This document shows positions 46,545-48,306 of a stretch of 48,306 bases of DNA, piece by piece. Source of the DNA: an uncultured Rikenellaceae bacterium (GTDB taxonomy: Bacteria; Bacteroidota; Bacteroidia; Bacteroidales; Rikenellaceae); contig CAMWRR010000001.1 of the NCBI GenBank assembly GCA_947176715.1, forward strand, positions 1 through 48,306, given 5' to 3'. The translations under genes were made by a program, and so were the position numbers. A model generated the notes under the pieces. It saw nothing but the letters and a program-made list of their open reading frames with translations. It searched no databases and was not told the DNA's origin. Within the stretch, counting starts at the first letter, position 1. Each line of letters begins with the position of its first letter.

Positions 46545-47754
46545 GAATATAAAACGCCTCATGGGGTGCTACGACGTTGCGCCCTCCATATTGCGCGGTA
46601 GCGAGATGGCCTCGTGCGGATATCTCGACGACGCCTACGTGGTGATAGACGGTGGGGTAGTGGAGTCGTTCGGCCCCATGAGCGGCTACGCGGTGCAGGA
46701 GAGCGGCCATTACGTCATAGACGCCTCGGGTCGTTACGTGTTGCCGGCGTTCTGCGACTCGCACACCCACATCATATACGCCGGAAGCCGCGAGGGCGAA
46801 TACGAAGACCGCATCGCCGGCATGTCATACACACAGATAGCCGAGCGCGGGGGCGGCATACTCAACTCTGCCGACCGTCTGCACGCCGCCTCGGAGAACG
46901 ACCTCTACCGCGGGGCCATGCGTCGTGTGCGCGAGATGATGCGCGGGGGGACCGGTGCCGTGGAGATAAAGAGCGGCTACGGGCTCACGCTTGAGGACGA
47001 GCTTAAGATGTTGCGCGTCGCCACCCGCATAAAGGAGGATGCCGTGATAGCGGTCAAACGCACCTTCTTGGGTGCCCACGCCTTTCCGCGGGCGTTTCTC
47101 TCCGACCGTGACGGTTACGTGCGTCTCATTGTGGACGAGATGATACCGGCTGTGGCCGCCGAGAGGCTCGCCGACTACATAGACGTCTTCTGCGACGAGG
47201 GGTTCTTCACCGTGGAGCAGACCCGCCGAATACTCTCCCGAGGGTTTGAATACGGTCTTGTACCGAAGATACACGCCAATGAGCTGGCCGCCTCCGGAGG
47301 GGTACAGGTGGGTGTGGAGTGCGGCGCCCTCTCGGTGGACCACCTCGAACACACAGGTCCCGCCGAGTGCGACGCTCTCAGGGGTAGCGGCACTATGGCC
47401 ACGCTGTTGCCCGGGGCCGCATTCTTCCTCGGCATGGAGTATGCGCCGGCACGCCGCATGATAGACGACGGGCTGGCCGTGGCGTTGGCTTCCGACTATA
47501 ATCCCGGGTCGTCGCCCTCCGGCTCCATGAAGTTCGTGTTGTCGCTGGCCTCCATAAAGATGCGCATGACACCGGTGGAGGCGTTCAATGCCGCCACCGT
47601 CAACGGCGCATACGCAATGGGGCTTGGCATGACGCACGGCACCGTCACTCCCGGAAAGCGGGCCAATCTGATCATCACCAAACCGATGCCGTCGTTCGCC
47701 TACCTCTCTTATCAATATACAGGCGACCTTATAGAGCGGGTTATTTTTAATTGA
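46528..47754 (+). CDS. hutI: Imidazolonepropionase
   Basis: 408 aa from MKTIIKNIK. Contains the amidohydrolase motif CDSHTHIIYAG. The start overlaps the hutH 3' end by 17 nt. Confidence 0.9.
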   Translation: MKTIIKNIKRLMGCYDVAPSILRGSEMASCGYLDDAYVVIDGGVVESFGPMSGYAVQESGHYVIDASGRYVLPAFCDSHTHIIYAGSREGEYEDRIAGMSYTQIAERGGGILNSADRLHAASENDLYRGAMRRVREMMRGGTGAVEIKSGYGLTLEDELKMLRVATRIKEDAVIAVKRTFLGAHAFPRAFLSDRDGYVRLIVDEMIPAVAAERLADYIDVFCDEGFFTVEQTRRILSRGFEYGLVPKIHANELAASGGVQVGVECGALSVDHLEHTGPAECDALRGSGTMATLLPGAAFFLGMEYAPARRMIDDGLAVALASDYNPGSSPSGSMKFVLSLASIKMRMTPVEAFNAATVNGAYAMGLGMTHGTVTPGKRANLIITKPMPSFAYLSYQYTGDLIERVIFN

Positions 47755-47774
47755 TACCAGTGTTTTGAGTCTGA

Positions 47775-47808
47775 ACGGTATGCGCGTCGGGTGCATACCG
47801 TTTGCCGT
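47775..47808 (+). terminator. Probable terminator of the hut operon
   Basis: Stem ACGGTATGC (47775-47783) / GCATACCGT (47793-47801), followed by TTGCCGTT. The T-tract is weak. Confidence 0.5.
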
Positions 47809-48223
47809 TATTACGGGAGGCGGCCTGACGGTTCCTGCTCCCCGGGAATAAGACTATTGCTCTCCGGCAAGACTTGTATTCGTAACGGGGTGCGGTTACA
47901 TGTAGGTTCATGTCCTGTGTGATATATGCGTTTAGGAGGACATCGTGTTTGAATTACATGCAATCAATTATGCGGTTATCCTGAATTTTCCCCAGATAGT
48001 ATAGGTCTTTTGATTTACGGCCCGAGCACAACGATGCAGGTCAAATACTTTTCGCATGTTTGGTCCTTTGTATCAGCCCGCCTCTTTGAGTCTGTTCGGC
48101 TTTTTGCATCTGCTCGGCCTCACTTGCGGCGGATATGAGTTTTGCCGGAGGTAGTTTGAATCGCCATGGTATGGATAACTAAGGGAGAGCTCAGCGGCGA
48201 GGGTAGGGTGTGTTTCTGTGCAA

Positions 48224-48250
48224 CAAAAAAAGGTCCTTGAAAAAGGACCT
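48224..48250 (-). terminator. Rho-independent terminator of tRNA-Gly
   Basis: On the minus strand, AGGTCCTT-TTTC-AAGGACCT followed by TTTTTTTGTTG, 5 nt after the tRNA 3' end. Confidence 0.8.
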
Positions 48251-48255
48251 CCCTG

Positions 48256-48306
48256 AGCGGAAAACGAGACTCGAACTCGCGACCCCAACCTTGGCAAGGT
48301 TGTGCT
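48256..48306 (-). tRNA. tRNA-Gly (anticodon GCC), 3' part only; 5' end lies beyond the window
   Basis: The minus strand reads ...CAACC-TTGCCAA-GGTTG-GGGTC-GCGAG-TTCGAGT-CTCGT-TTTCCGC-T. This gives the anticodon arm with GCC, the T arm and the 3' acceptor strand. Confidence 0.8.

Noticed and set aside
48112-48130. Possible fourth repeat copy (CTCACTTGCGG shared with 56-66)
   Set aside because: Only an 11-mer is shared. Matches of that length are expected many times by chance within 48 kb, and no hairpin module follows.
1-48306. CRISPR arrays, IS elements, integrases, prophage or defence islands
   Set aside because: I saw no tandem direct repeats with spacers and no transposase, integrase or recombinase-like ORFs. 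No long inverted terminal repeats were evident. All sizeable ORFs are accounted for by housekeeping functions.

Overview
This 48.3 kb window looks like core chromosome from a fairly GC-rich member of the Bacteroidota. The phylum call rests on many TAnnTTTG -7 boxes upstream of genes, the uppS-bamA-skp-skp cluster, a DUF1573 protein, a BF3164-type beta-propeller lipoprotein and a DUF1015-serA-serC cluster. I support about 42 protein genes, one complete tRNA-Arg(ACG) and one tRNA-Gly(GCC) cut by the window edge.

Main gene groups:
- Serine biosynthesis: serC, serA and a DUF1015 gene.
- Ribosomal protein L31.
- An NfnAB-like ferredoxin:NADP oxidoreductase pair.
- A dense set of tRNA/rRNA modification genes: mnmA, mnmD, rlmD, trmD, a family-3 O-methyltransferase and cca with a coupled methyltransferase.
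- Envelope and cofactor genes: lpxB, cdd, pdxJ, nadK and uppS-bamA-skp-skp, plus obg.
- DNA-end processing: an AddB-like nuclease convergent with sbcDC.
- A histidine-utilisation cluster: fused ftcD, hutU, hutH, hutI.

I see no transposase, integrase, CRISPR array, toxin-antitoxin pair or recognisable defence system, and no protein-coding candidate for a novel system.

The unexplained signals are non-coding:
- A modular GC-rich hairpin repeat occurs in three intergenic regions, and its sequence differences fall in predicted loops.
- Two unusually long spacers sit inside the hut cluster.
- A 427 bp spacer separates rpmE and serC.

Other oddities are the operon architecture pdxJ-cca-methyltransferase-sbcDC, the AddB-like gene with no adjacent helicase partner, and heavy use of the ATA isoleucine codon despite high GC. 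Many long R/G/H-rich ORFs in the track are antisense shadows of real genes. The ORF track also accepts GTG/TTG starts, so I re-set several starts to internal ATGs.
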